From Eledone cirrhosa (taxonomy: Eukaryota), in NCBI GenBank assembly GCA_964016885.1, contig OZ024741.1:37262001-37326000 (forward strand): a stretch of 64,000 nt of DNA, given 5' to 3'. The position numbers were made by a program, and so were the translations under genes. This document shows, piece after piece, positions 11,591-22,373 of the stretch. Below the pieces are notes generated by a model that saw only the letters and a list, made by a program, of their open reading frames with translations, did not search any database and was not told the origin of the DNA. Position 1 is the stretch's first letter, and the number at the start of each line of letters is the position of its first letter.

Positions 11591-11857
11591 CGCCCTATAA
11601 ATAAATATCTACTTATTCACCCTTGTCACCTTTTGACTCCACCCACGTCCACCCACCAGTGTTATCATTATGCATGCATGCTTGCAATGCATGTGCAGCT
11701 AGGTTGCTACTGATGTGCAAGCTGAACACTTGTGATGGAGACAGTGGCAGTGTGTCGACAAAGAAGGAGATTTCTAAATATGATTGAAGAGACATTTTTA
11801 GAAAAAAAGGATATAAAATAAAACAATACAAAATAATAACAAAATAAATAAATAAAT

Positions 11858-12004
<147 letters not shown>

Positions 12005-12312
12005 AAGTGTCTTGCTCAAGGAAACAACACATCAATTCTCAGACTAGATGATGTGTTGTTTCCTTGTGCAAGACACTTTATTTCACATTGCTCCAGTTTA
12101 CTCAGCTGTAGAAATGAGATGATAGGGACTGGGGTCCATATCATTCCACTGCAAAGTGCTCGTGGAGATGCCACGGAAAAAAAAGCATCCAGCACTCACT
12201 GTAAATGAGGTTGGTGTTAGGAAGAGCATTCAGCTGTAGAAATCAAGCCAGAATCAGTTCCCATCCTACACTTGCAAGCAGGGAAAAGCGGACGTAAAAT
12301 GATGATGATGAT
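12005..12312 (+). mobile_element. SINE family 2, 5'-truncated, with a 30-bp inverted 5' duplication
   Basis: TGTGTTGTTTCCTTGTGCAAGACACTT core, GGTTGGTGTTAGGAAGAGCATTCAGCTGTAGAAA module, LINE-A tail CTTGCAAGCAGGGAAAAGCGGACGTAAAAT(GAT)n. Confidence 0.88.
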
Positions 12313-12317
12313 ATGTA

Positions 12318-12407
12318 CATGTCCTAAAAACATACATTGATTATCTGTACAGGCAATATTTATTAGAATGTACAGCCTTTGTGTATACAATTTTGGGGGA
12401 CATCTTG
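12318..12407 (-). mobile_element. ~100-bp Tc1-like MITE (reverse copy of 19666-19766)
   Basis: Shared internal GTACAGGCAATATTTATTAGAATG and TIR GTGTATACAATTTTGGGGGACATCTTG|TA. Confidence 0.6.
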
Positions 12408-12479
12408 TATATACAATGTAGAAATGTAAATAAAAAATATATGAATAAATGAAGAAAATAAATAAAATTATGATAAAAT

Positions 12480-13283
12480 ATCATCATCATTCTAATTTTT
12501 TTACATCAGATTTCCATGGTTGCATTGATTGGATGGGTTGTATGGGTTTGATGGGTTGAATGTGTTGTCAAGGCCCAAGACTGAAGAGATGTGACCTCTT
12601 TTTTGCTCATAGATTACATATTTGGTCTTGTTGGTTTCTATGGCTAGAAGCCCTTCCTATTGCCAACCACTTTACAGAAAACACTAGGTACATTTTTATC
12701 ATGGCACCAACACTAAAGAGGCTGTTGCTTGTTTGGCCAAACTGTAAAGTTATCTTTACCCAATATTGTCAAACATGTATATATGTATATAAGTGGTCTC
12801 CACTGTAAAGTGGTTGTGTAGGTGTCGTGACAAAAAGCACCTAGTCCACACTGTGAAGTGGTCGTGTAGGTGCCATGATAAAAAGTTCCCAGTGCTCACT
12901 GTAAATGAGGTTGGTGTTAGGAAGGGCATCCAGCTGTAGAGAACAAGCCAAAATGAGTTCTGTAAATAAACGCATAAATAAATAAACACACACACACCCG
13001 GATGTAATACATGCACAAACTAAGCACACAACACACAAAAACAAGATGGTGTAGGACAGAACAAAGGAGAGACACAAAATAAAAACCCAGTCACTGAGGA
13101 GGTCACAGAATGTGTGATGAAAGAGGTTTGACAATGTATATATAACCAGCCAGCCATAGAAACTTAGCCAGAAACATTTCTGTTTGAGGAGAGAGCGTCA
13201 CCAGACCCAACTTGCCTCTAATGAGACAACCCTTGTAACCCATGCTAGAATGAAAATGGATGTAAACAATGAAGATGATGATG
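12480..13283. mobile_element. Mosaic of RTE 3'UTR/SINE tail fragments (minus 12480-12720; plus 12790-12960 and 13150-13283)
   Basis: AAAAGCACC.AGTCCACACTGT repeats, GTTAGGAAGGGCATCCAGCTGTAGA module, AACCCATGCTAG...(GAT)n tail. Confidence 0.7.
13090..13132 (+). ncRNA. Minimal type-I hammerhead motif in a PLE-like fragment (~13000-13150)
   Basis: GTCA-CTGAGGA-G-GTCACA(GAATG)TGTGAT-GAAA-GAGG-TT-TGAC; homologous to 21405-21447. Confidence 0.6.
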
Positions 13284-13335
13284 TATATGTATATGAATAT
13301 ATATATGTATATATATATGTATATGTATATATAGG

Positions 13336-13446
<111 letters not shown>

Positions 13447-13502
13447 AGTATAGAAATTATTATATATATACATTGGATTTTAGTCTTCAAATTTATTATT
13501 AT

Positions 13503-13540
<38 letters not shown>

Positions 13541-13542
<2 letters not shown>

Positions 13543-13987
13543 TAGACCTGAAAAATGCACAAGCTCAAAAGAGCCACAGAATGTTATAATAAACCTTCAA
13601 AAGTGTGGGACTAGAGTTGTTGCTCAAAAATATCGTAATCATTATCTATCGTACACTCTGTGGCATCCTTTTATAAAAAAAGAGACTCATAACGAACTCA
13701 AGACGACACGATAATTATTTAAGCTAATGTTCAATATCTCATATTAGATGTTTAGTAATGATTAATACGAAATGCACTTAAACCGAATTCTATATTATAA
13801 ATTCACTTAAATAATTATTGTGTCGTCTTGAGTTCGTTATGAGTCTCTTTTTTATAAAAGGATGCCACAGAGTGTACGATAGATAATGATTACAATATTT
13901 TTGAGCAACAACTCTAGTCCCACACTTTTGAAGGTTTATTATAACATTCTGTGGCTCTTTTGAGCTTGCGCATTTTTCAGGTTTAGT
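13541..13987. repeat. Long inverted repeat (arms 13541-13723 and 13806-13987, 82-bp spacer)
   Basis: Arms are reverse complements with about 4 mismatches. Confidence 0.95.
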
Positions 13988-14862
13988 TTAATATTTTTTT
14001 ACGGCAACGCTTGTAATAACTCTAGTTAAACATGATATATATTAATAATAAATTATCGTTGTAATTTAATTAGATTATATAATTGTTATTTTATAAATAA
14101 TCTTATAAATATTATTGTAAGATGTATAAAAATATTTTCAGACTTTTAATATAAACAACTACAAAAAACAATCAATATTAAATAAATATATTTTACATAA
14201 TAATTGTTATAGTTGAATTAATAAAAATTAAATATTACATACAAATAGTCTAACATAATAATAAAAAAAATAATCTAACATAATAATAATAAAATAATCT
14301 AACATAAAACGAACAATAATATGGACAAATATACAAGTAAATATGATACAACCAATATTATAAGCATGTTATAACGAACTAAAAAAAAAATAGTTAATAT
14401 AAATTTAAAAAAAATCATATATAAATTAACAATATAACTTACCAAAACGAGAAGAATATTTTGATAATAAACGACGAAATACAGGAGGAAGATTCGAAAG
14501 AGAAACGATAAATAAACGTGCAAACAAAGTGGCGGATGCTTTTGAGCAACAATTACTCTCATTGGTTGATTAGCCAATAAGACAATGAAATTAGCCAATA
14601 AGATGATACATTATAAAAGATGTTTGGGAGGGATCACCACGCCAGCAAAACCCCTTGAAATTTTTATTCACAAGCTATGCATATATGTCAGAACATACAG
14701 ACTTAAAACATTCTGTTGTTAGTCACTGTCTGTCTAACAGATATATAAATTTCATATTTCTAAAGAACCATGGTATGTTTACAGGAAACATTTAGGAAGC
14801 TGTAGCTATGCAAACACGGGGCTAACGCCCTCTGGTGGTGTCCAGCAGAAGCAAGAGGGACA

Positions 14863-14906
14863 ACTGTCTATACATTTCAGGCTTGACTGGCCTTCATCAG
14901 GACGGT
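14863..14906 (-). ncRNA. Minimal type-I hammerhead ribozyme motif (PLE type)
   Basis: Minus strand ACCGTC-CTGATGA-AGGC(CAGTCAA)GCCT-GAAA-TGTA-TA-GACAGT: intact core, 4-bp stem II, AUA triplet, stem I with one mismatch. Confidence 0.72.
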
Positions 14907-15099
14907 CCCTCCCATGGCTTGCAACTGCTGGACTTGAGAACAGTCGAGAATATATAGTTTTCTCGTCTGTGTAAATGAGGTGATTAATCTCATTTGCATA
15001 TGAAGCTGCATAAGTTGGCTCAACTTATAATAGGACTTCGCTTCAAGCATAGCTTTATACAAATATGTATAGAAATCCTATTTCTATATATATATAAAA

Positions 15100-17610
15100 T
15101 GTCATAAAATGCCAAAACGATTATCAGCACAGCAACAAGTAAGATAGGAACAACAAAATATGAAGACGTCGCATCTCAGAGTTGCAACACTTAATGTTGG
15201 CACTCTCAGAGGTAGATCTGCTGAAATAGCGGAGATGCTGGAGAGAAGGCATGTGAATGTGTGCTGCGTGCAAGAGGTGAGATGGAGAGGTGCCTCTGTG
15301 AGACTAGTCGTAGGCAAACATCTTAGCTATAAGCTTTTCTGGGTAGTTAAAGATGATGGGTTAGGGGGAGTAGGCATTTTCCTGGCTGCGAGATGGATCA
15401 ATAAGACAATAGAGGTAGTTTGAGTTAGTGATCGAATAATTAAGCTTAGATTAGTTGTAGGCAGGGGACTACTGACAATCTTCTCTGCCTATGCTCCACA
15501 AGCAGGCCTAGGCAAAGAAGAGAAAGACTGCTTTTACGAGCAACTTTTACAAGCAACCGCAATGACAGAGGTTGGAGACATCGTTATGCTAGCAGGGGAC
15601 TTCAATGGTCATGTTGGACAGCTCCAGGATGGTTACACTTGGGTACATGGTGGGCACGGTTACGGCTCAAAAAATGAAGAAGGAGTGAGACTTCTTGGGA
15701 TGCAAGTACACTGACTATTTGCAACACTAACTTCCAGAAACCTGCCAACCACCTAATAACCTACAAATCTGGCGAACACATGAGCCAGATTGACTTCTTA
15801 CTAGTTAGGCAGAGGGACAGGCAGATAGTGTCTAATACCAAGGCATACCCTGGGGAAGAATGTACCCCACAGCATAGGTTAGTCGTTACTGATATCTCAG
15901 TAAGCAAGAGATGGAGTGAGACATACAGGAAGGTGTGGAGAAGAAAGGTCGGGAAGCTAAAAGACCTTTCACTAAAATACAAATTTAGGAAAGCCCTTCA
16001 AGATGTGTATGACGAAAAAGAAGACGATTTAGAGACGTATGACATAGATAATAACTGGAATTTCTTACGTGACAACTTACTGCAGGCTACTGATGAAATT
16101 TGTGGCTGGAGCAGAGCTCCAACCAGACAGAGAGTGACCTGGTGGTGGAACAGCAAAGTAGATAAGGCCATTAGAGACAAAAGAAATGTCATTATGAGAG
16201 ACTGATAAATGTGGAGAACGAATGGGAGAGAGAGAAATTACCCTCAGTAGATCCGACAGAGGGACCAGCTATTGAAATTGACGAATATAGGGTCCAAGAG
16301 GCGATTAAGGAAATGAAAAATAGTAAGGCTGCTGGACCATCGGGGATAGTTGCTGAGATGCTGAAGGCATCAGGGGACGTAGGCACTAAACTGGTTGCAC
16401 GCATCATCAATCAGGCTATATATGGTGGTGTCATAGCAGTTGAGCAGTATTCTCATAAATTGCTACAAAGGTAAAGGGGATGCTCTGGAGAGGAGCAATT
16501 ATAGAGGTATAAAACTGATGGATCAGGTTATGAAAGTGGCAGAAAGGATATTAGCACAACTAATTAGAGAAAGGGTCAAACTAGATGAGATGCAGTTTGG
16601 TTTTGTGCCTGGAAAGAGTACAACAGATGCCCTCTTCTTGGTGAGAAGAGAGGTTCTTAGAGAAAAATAAGCCACTATACTTAGCCTTTGTTGACCTAGA
16701 GAAGGTCTTTGATAGGGTACCCTGATCTGTCACCTGGTGGTCCCTAAGGAAACTAGGTGTTGAGGAATAGCTTGTGAGGACAGTGCAAACTTTGTACAGA
16801 GGTACTGTCAGTAAAGTCAGAGTAGGAATGGAGTTTATTGAGGAATTCCAGGTACAAGTAGGAGTACATCAGGGTTTGGTCCTCAGCCCGCTCTTGTTCA
16901 TTATAGTCCTCCAAGCCATAACAGAGGAGTTTAAGACTGGCTGCCCATGGGAACTTCTCTAAGCTGACAATCTGGTTCTTATAGCAGAATCAGTAGAGGA
17001 GCTAGAGAATAAATTCTGGCTATGGAAACAGCAGTTGGAAGCAAAAGGACTGAGAGTGAACCTAGCTAAGACAAAAGTGTTGATGAGTAGAAAAGAGGAC
17101 AAAACTTTGATTCCGTCAGGGAAATGGCCATGTTCGATATGCAGAAAAGGAACTGGCATAAATTCTATAATATGCACACAATGCAGATCCTGGGTACACA
17201 AGAGATGTAGCGGGATAGCAGGCAAACTAACAGGTAGGGAGAAATACGTATGCAGTAGATGTACAGGGAAATTAGACAGTAGAAGTCGCATTGATAGACA
17301 CATTTTTCAAATGTAGGCAGGTGCTATAGAAGTGGTGGATAGCTTCTGGTACCTAGGAGATCAGATTAGCATGGGAAGTGGGTGTTCTGAGGCCATAGTA
17401 TCTAGAATAAGGACGGGTTGGAAGAAGTTTAGGGAGCTGCTTCCTCTGCTGATGAAGAAGGGTTTCTCCCTGTGTATAAAAGGGCGGTTATATGATGCCT
17501 GTCTGAGGAGCGCGATGCTGCATGGTAGTGAGACATGGGCAGAGACATAAGACCCATCCCACCCTTGCAAGCAGGGAAAAGCGGACGTAAAATGATGATG
17601 ATGATGATGA
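15100..17610 (+). mobile_element. RTE-like LINE, subfamily A, copy 2 (APE endonuclease + RT pseudogene, internally deleted)
   Basis: TLNVGTL, CVQEVRW, SAYAPQ, AGDFNGHVG, SQIDFLL, QHRLV (APE); RT motifs with stops and frameshifts; deletions near 16190 and 17545; (GAT)n tail. Confidence 0.95.
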
Positions 17611-17779
17611 TACACACACACACACAGTCAGTTGACGAGTAAAAGATCTGATTCACTTTTTATTGTTATTGTTATTTTCACTTGTACTGAATGAAACAAA
17701 AGATCACTAAAATGTTGATCCAAGTTTCACATAATATAAAAGATCACTGTGCAGCAACAAGAATTTGCCCTGGGTTAAG

Positions 17780-18615
17780 CTTTTGTAAAAATGCAAATTA
17801 ATTATTTGGGAAGACGTCACTATTAAACACAAACCAGCATTTGAATCCTTGGATCAGAAAATACAGGATCTAAGAGACAGCACACATATAAATGAGAGGG
17901 AGTGATTATTTTTCTTGCTGGTGATTTCAGACAAAGTTTGCTGGTAATAAATTGAGGGATCCAAGCTGATCAGGTCAATGGACTTGTCTGAAAACATTGT
18001 ATCTCTTGTCTTGCATTCAGTGGTTGAGACTACCAATATAGAAGTATACTGGAACGGTGATGATGCTGTTGGTGAGCTCACCATTTGACTTCTTCAATGG
18101 ACTCCAAAGATCAAATTTAATTGTCCTTTGAGGAAATCATTCAAACATAGCAGAAAATGATTGCCAGAATATGTCCAAAGATTCACATCTGACAATTTGA
18201 TTCCCAATGGCTCTGCAAATGAGCAACCATAACACCAAAACCTGGTACTATGAAAGAAATCATCAGAAGGCTACTGGATATATCCCTAGAGAGAAAAGAT
18301 GCTACAAATCAATAGACAGTCAGTTTACTGGATCATATTGTAAATAATGCATCTGAACTCCTCTATACAATCTAGTGATGTGGTTTGAACCATTGATCAT
18401 ACTATTTTGTGAGCTACATCCTCCAAAACTTTGCAATGCTGTATGTCCTGAGGTCACAATTATGTAAGGAACATTTTCTGGAGACAATTGTTTCATTCAC
18501 AGAATATCCCTGAAACCAACTGACAAACCATTTGAATTTCAAAAGCATTAAATTCCTGTCACACTCATCATTGCCAGGAACAATAGTTAAATCTGAATGA
18601 CAATCAATGAAAGTT
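17780..18615 (+). pseudogene. Helitron Rep/Hel PIF1-family helicase fossil
   Basis: Hand translation, in order: NLIIWEDVTI, AFESLDQKIQDLR, FLAGDFRQSLLVI, ELHPPKLCNA, CFIHRISLKPTDKPFEFQKH*IPV, TIVKSE*QSMKV; parallels Helitron motifs IIWDE, GDFRQ.LPV, PPKLCNG, PFEFKRLQFPV, TINKSQGQS. Confidence 0.8.
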
Positions 18616-19260
18616 AAGCAATTTTATTTATGGGATATATCATGTAAATACTATTTAATAGAAAAAGAAATAATGAAAATTTAGATTGAGAAGAATGGAA
18701 TGTAAAATAGGTAAATATAAAGAAAAAAGGGAAAAAGAAGAAAAAACTGGAAAAGGGAGGGAATGGCAAGGACTTTAGTGTTACAGAAGAATGAGGAGGG
18801 GGGCAGGGTAATTGGGATCTGGGCCTAGGGTGGGGCGGTAAAGGGACTGCACCTCACAGACAAGACCGCAAAAGCATTCCCGTGGACAATGGCCAGTAAC
18901 ACCTACTGCAACAGCCACCCCACCTCAAAGGCTCCTTCCTCAGATGTGTCGCCAATGTTAAAGTTGATATATATATATATTGCTGCGTGTATCCTGGTTT
19001 TTATAATAGGTACACAGAATTCCTGTATCTTGTAAGAGGCAGCTAAAATGGTTGGTTTCAAAAAGAGCATCCAGCTGTAAAACATTGTCTCAAAACATCC
19101 AATGAAACCCATGCCAGCATGGAAATGTGGCTGTAAAATGATGATATATGATGTTAATGATTATATATATATACAGTATATATACAGTTCAAACAACTTT
19201 TTGTGACTGAATGAGGAAGGGGCACTCATTACTTCTAGAGTTAATGTTTCATTTCTTTCT

Positions 19261-19297
19261 CACTACTTGAGTTTCAGGCTACTGTGGTCTTCAGATG
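19261..19297 (-). ncRNA. Decayed minimal hammerhead motif
   Basis: Minus strand CAT-CTGAAGA-CCACAGTAGCCT-GAAA-CTCAAG-TA-GTG; 5' strand of stem II apparently deleted. Confidence 0.45.
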
Positions 19298-19614
19298 TCT
19301 CAAGATTACATAGGCATGAGAAAATTCACTTTAAATCATGTACTTGTATATATATACACACACATATATATATAAAACCATATATGTATAATATATGTAT
19401 ATACATACATACATATATACATATATACTATATATATTATATATATTTGATACACACGTGTGTGTATGTATATGTGCATGTATATAAGTTCTAGGTGAGC
19501 AAGGCACGGTCATCTGATCTGGCTCATCTCACAAAGGGACAACTCTTTTAACCCATGCTAGCATGGAAAAATGGACGTTAAACAGTGATGATGATGATGA
19601 TAATATATATATGT

Positions 19615-19659
<45 letters not shown>

Positions 19660-19665
19660 CATATA

Positions 19666-19766
19666 CAGGGTGTCCCCAAAAATGTATACACACTTCAACA
19701 GCATTCTAATAAATATTGCCTGTACATGTAATCAAAGGGTGTATACATTTTGGGGGGAAAACCTTA
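19666..19766 (+). mobile_element. ~100-bp Tc1-like MITE
   Basis: TA|CAGGGTGTCCCCAAAAATGTATACAC ... GTGTATACATTTTGGGGGGAAAACCT. Confidence 0.7.
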
Positions 19767-20183
19767 TATATAGCATATACATACATTAGCAGATGTGTAT
19801 ATGTATGTATGTGGAAATACATAGAGTGGGTGGGGGAGATAAGGGGAGGGAGGGAAGGATGCAAGATTTAGAGGTCTGACCAATTTATAAGCAAAAATAT
19901 TCATTAGAAATCTTCCATCTTCAACTATAACTCTGGAGGTCAGCTACATTTTCGGGGATCATTTTAGCAGGTAGAATTATTGACCCCATACATATCACAC
20001 AAAGATCTTCACTGATGCTGCTGGGAGTAGGGGTTAATGGACTTAACAACAAAAAGGAAAGAAAGATATATAACATTACCCCAAATATTTTGATTTGACT
20101 ATTTTAGGGGAAATGGTGGTGGGATTCTGGATTTCAATGTCTTGTTGTTTATTCCTTGGCTTCAGGTCTTTGTTGACAGAATA

Positions 20184-20259
20184 ACTGCTGCTGCTGCTGC
20201 TGCTGCTGCTGCTACTACTACTATTACTACTACTATTACTACTACTACTACTGCTGCTG

Positions 20260-20294
<35 letters not shown>

Positions 20295-20322
20295 ACTACT
20301 ACTACTACTGCTACTGCTGCTG

Positions 20323-20375
<53 letters not shown>

Positions 20376-20376
20376 G
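20184..20376. repeat. (CTG)n/(CTA)n microsatellite
   Basis: Direct reading. Confidence 0.95.
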
Positions 20377-20637
20377 GGAGGATCATGGTGGCAGGGTCCT
20401 CAGATACACCTTCTGGAGAAAACTATCTCCATTTGATGTGATTGGATCCCGAAGTGAGCTCATGGATGTTATCCTACAATTTTGTATTTTGCTTGTGGTC
20501 TACTTCTGGGTCCCCTGCTAGTTGGCTTTGCCCGTAAAATCCTTCAACATTCTAACCACATGTCTAGAGTATCAGAGCTGTGATCTCTCAATTTGGAGAA
20601 GTCTTTGGAATGAACAGCGATACTGAGTTAGTTTACA

Positions 20638-20922
20638 GCACCACCACCAACACCACCACAATCACCATCACCATCACCATCACCATCACCATCACCACCA
20701 ACACCACCAATACCACCAACACCAACACCACCAACACCACCAACACTACCAATACCACCAACACACCCACCAACAACAACACCAACAGCACCAACAGCAC
20801 CAACAGCACCACCACCAACACCACCACCATCACCAACACCACCAACACCAACACCACCACCACCACCATCACCATCACCACCAACACCACCAACACCACC
20901 AACACTACCAATACCACCAACA
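20638..20922. repeat. (CAC/CAA/CAT)n microsatellite
   Basis: Direct reading. Confidence 0.95.
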
Positions 20923-21195
20923 CTTGGCTATACACACACTGTGTCTGTGTGTGTGCATGTGTGTATATAGATATATGTATAAGTACATATATCTATATAT
21001 ATATATATATGTACTTATACATATATCTATATACACACATGCACACAGACACACAGTGTCCCAAAGTATAAATGTCATGTTGCCAATAAGAAACACATGC
21101 ACCAGTTGCTTTCACTCCAATTTATTATAAATTTAAAAATTTATAAATTTCCAGTTGGTTTGTTGGTTCCATAACCGGATGGTTGTTCATATATT

Positions 21196-21238
21196 GTCAA
21201 AGTTCTTTCGTCACACATTCTGTGACCTCATCAGTGAC
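21196..21238 (-). ncRNA. Minimal type-I hammerhead motif (left arm)
   Basis: Exact reverse complement of 21405-21447. Confidence 0.7.
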
Positions 21239-21404
21239 TGGGGATTCTTTTCTTTGTTTTGTGCCTCTCCTTTGTTCTGTCCTACGCCATCTTGTTTTTA
21301 TGTGTTGTGTAACACATGCGCAAACTAAGCACACAACACACACAAAAACAAAATGGTGTAGGACAGAACAAAGGAGAAGCACAAAACAAAGAAAAGAATC
21401 CCCA

Positions 21405-21447
21405 GTCACTGATGAGGTCACAGAATGTGTGACGAAAGAACTTTGAC
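21405..21447 (+). ncRNA. Minimal type-I hammerhead motif (right arm)
   Basis: GTCA-CTGATGA-G-GTCACA(GAATG)TGTGAC-GAAA-GAAC-TT-TGAC: stem I 4 bp, stem II 6 bp, CUU triplet. Confidence 0.7.
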
Positions 21448-22373
21448 AATATATGCACAACCGTCCGGTTGTGGAACCAACCAACCAACCGGAAATTTAT
21501 AAATTTTTAAATTTATAATTTAATTTATAATAAATTGAAGTGAAAGCAACTGGTGCGTGTGTTTCTTATTGGCAACATGACCCTCCCAAAGTATAACAAT
21601 ATCGGTTTCAACACACGTTTTCAGATAAAGAATCTTGCTAAACAAATTCAGAAACGATATATATATGTATATATATCCCCATTTGTTCTAAATAATCTTC
21701 TCTTTGCTTTTCTAAAATAACAATCTTGTTTGTTTAATTTTGGCCGAAAAATGCTAGGATTTATAAAATGGCCTCATTGTCCCTCTTATCCTTTACCCCC
21801 CGTCCCCACTATATCATATTACGCGCTGGCTAGTTCACCCTTTCAATCACTCCCTTCTCTCTCCAAATATAAATAAACCTGTTGCGAGGTACGAATCTCA
21901 GAATTTGCAACGCTTAAAAATGGTCAGACCAAGTCGCTGCGAAGTATAATGTAAATGCCATTTTTCTTATCTCTCTCCAGCCTATCGGTCCATTCATTCA
22001 ATATCCGTATTATCGCCCAAAATCCAATCTTTGCTCTCTCTCAATGCTATTCTATAATTCTGTCTGGTTGTTTCTAAATAATCTTTTTGTATTTTAAAAC
22101 CCCATTATTCGCTTATTATTACTGTTATATGCTTCTCCAATTATGCCCCCCAAAATTCGAAAATTTCATTTAAAACCTCTCGCTAACTACCCCATTTGTT
22201 CTAAATAATCTTCTCTTTGCTAACTACCCCATACCCCTCCTCCCGCCCCAACTCTCCACCTTATTATTTGGACCAATCACAAGTCAACGGCCTATGCTAT
22301 CACTTCTGGCTGCTTTTCGATATGATGGATGGACTAAGGAATTTCTGGAGAGTCTGAAGAATCTGGACACTCG

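Larger units (their letters stand above)
21074..21581. mobile_element. Foldback element: inverted pair of Penelope-like pseudo-LTRs with hammerheads
   Basis: Arms 21074-21310 and 21331-21581 are near-perfect reverse complements; each has a hammerhead followed by AATAAA pointing outward; TCCCAAAGTATAA at 21059-21071 and 21584-21596. Confidence 0.8.

Noticed and set aside
13548-13580. Hammerhead in the arms of the 13.5-kb inverted repeat (CTGAAAA..GCTCAAAA)
   Set aside because: Two core G residues are absent in both arms and no stem I is evident
15000-15014. 15-bp match ATGAAGCTGCATAAG with 30451-30465
   Set aside because: A match of this length is expected by chance in 64 kb and does not extend
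21183-21484. Mirror-image ORFs on both strands
   Set aside because: A by-product of the palindrome; no recognisable domain
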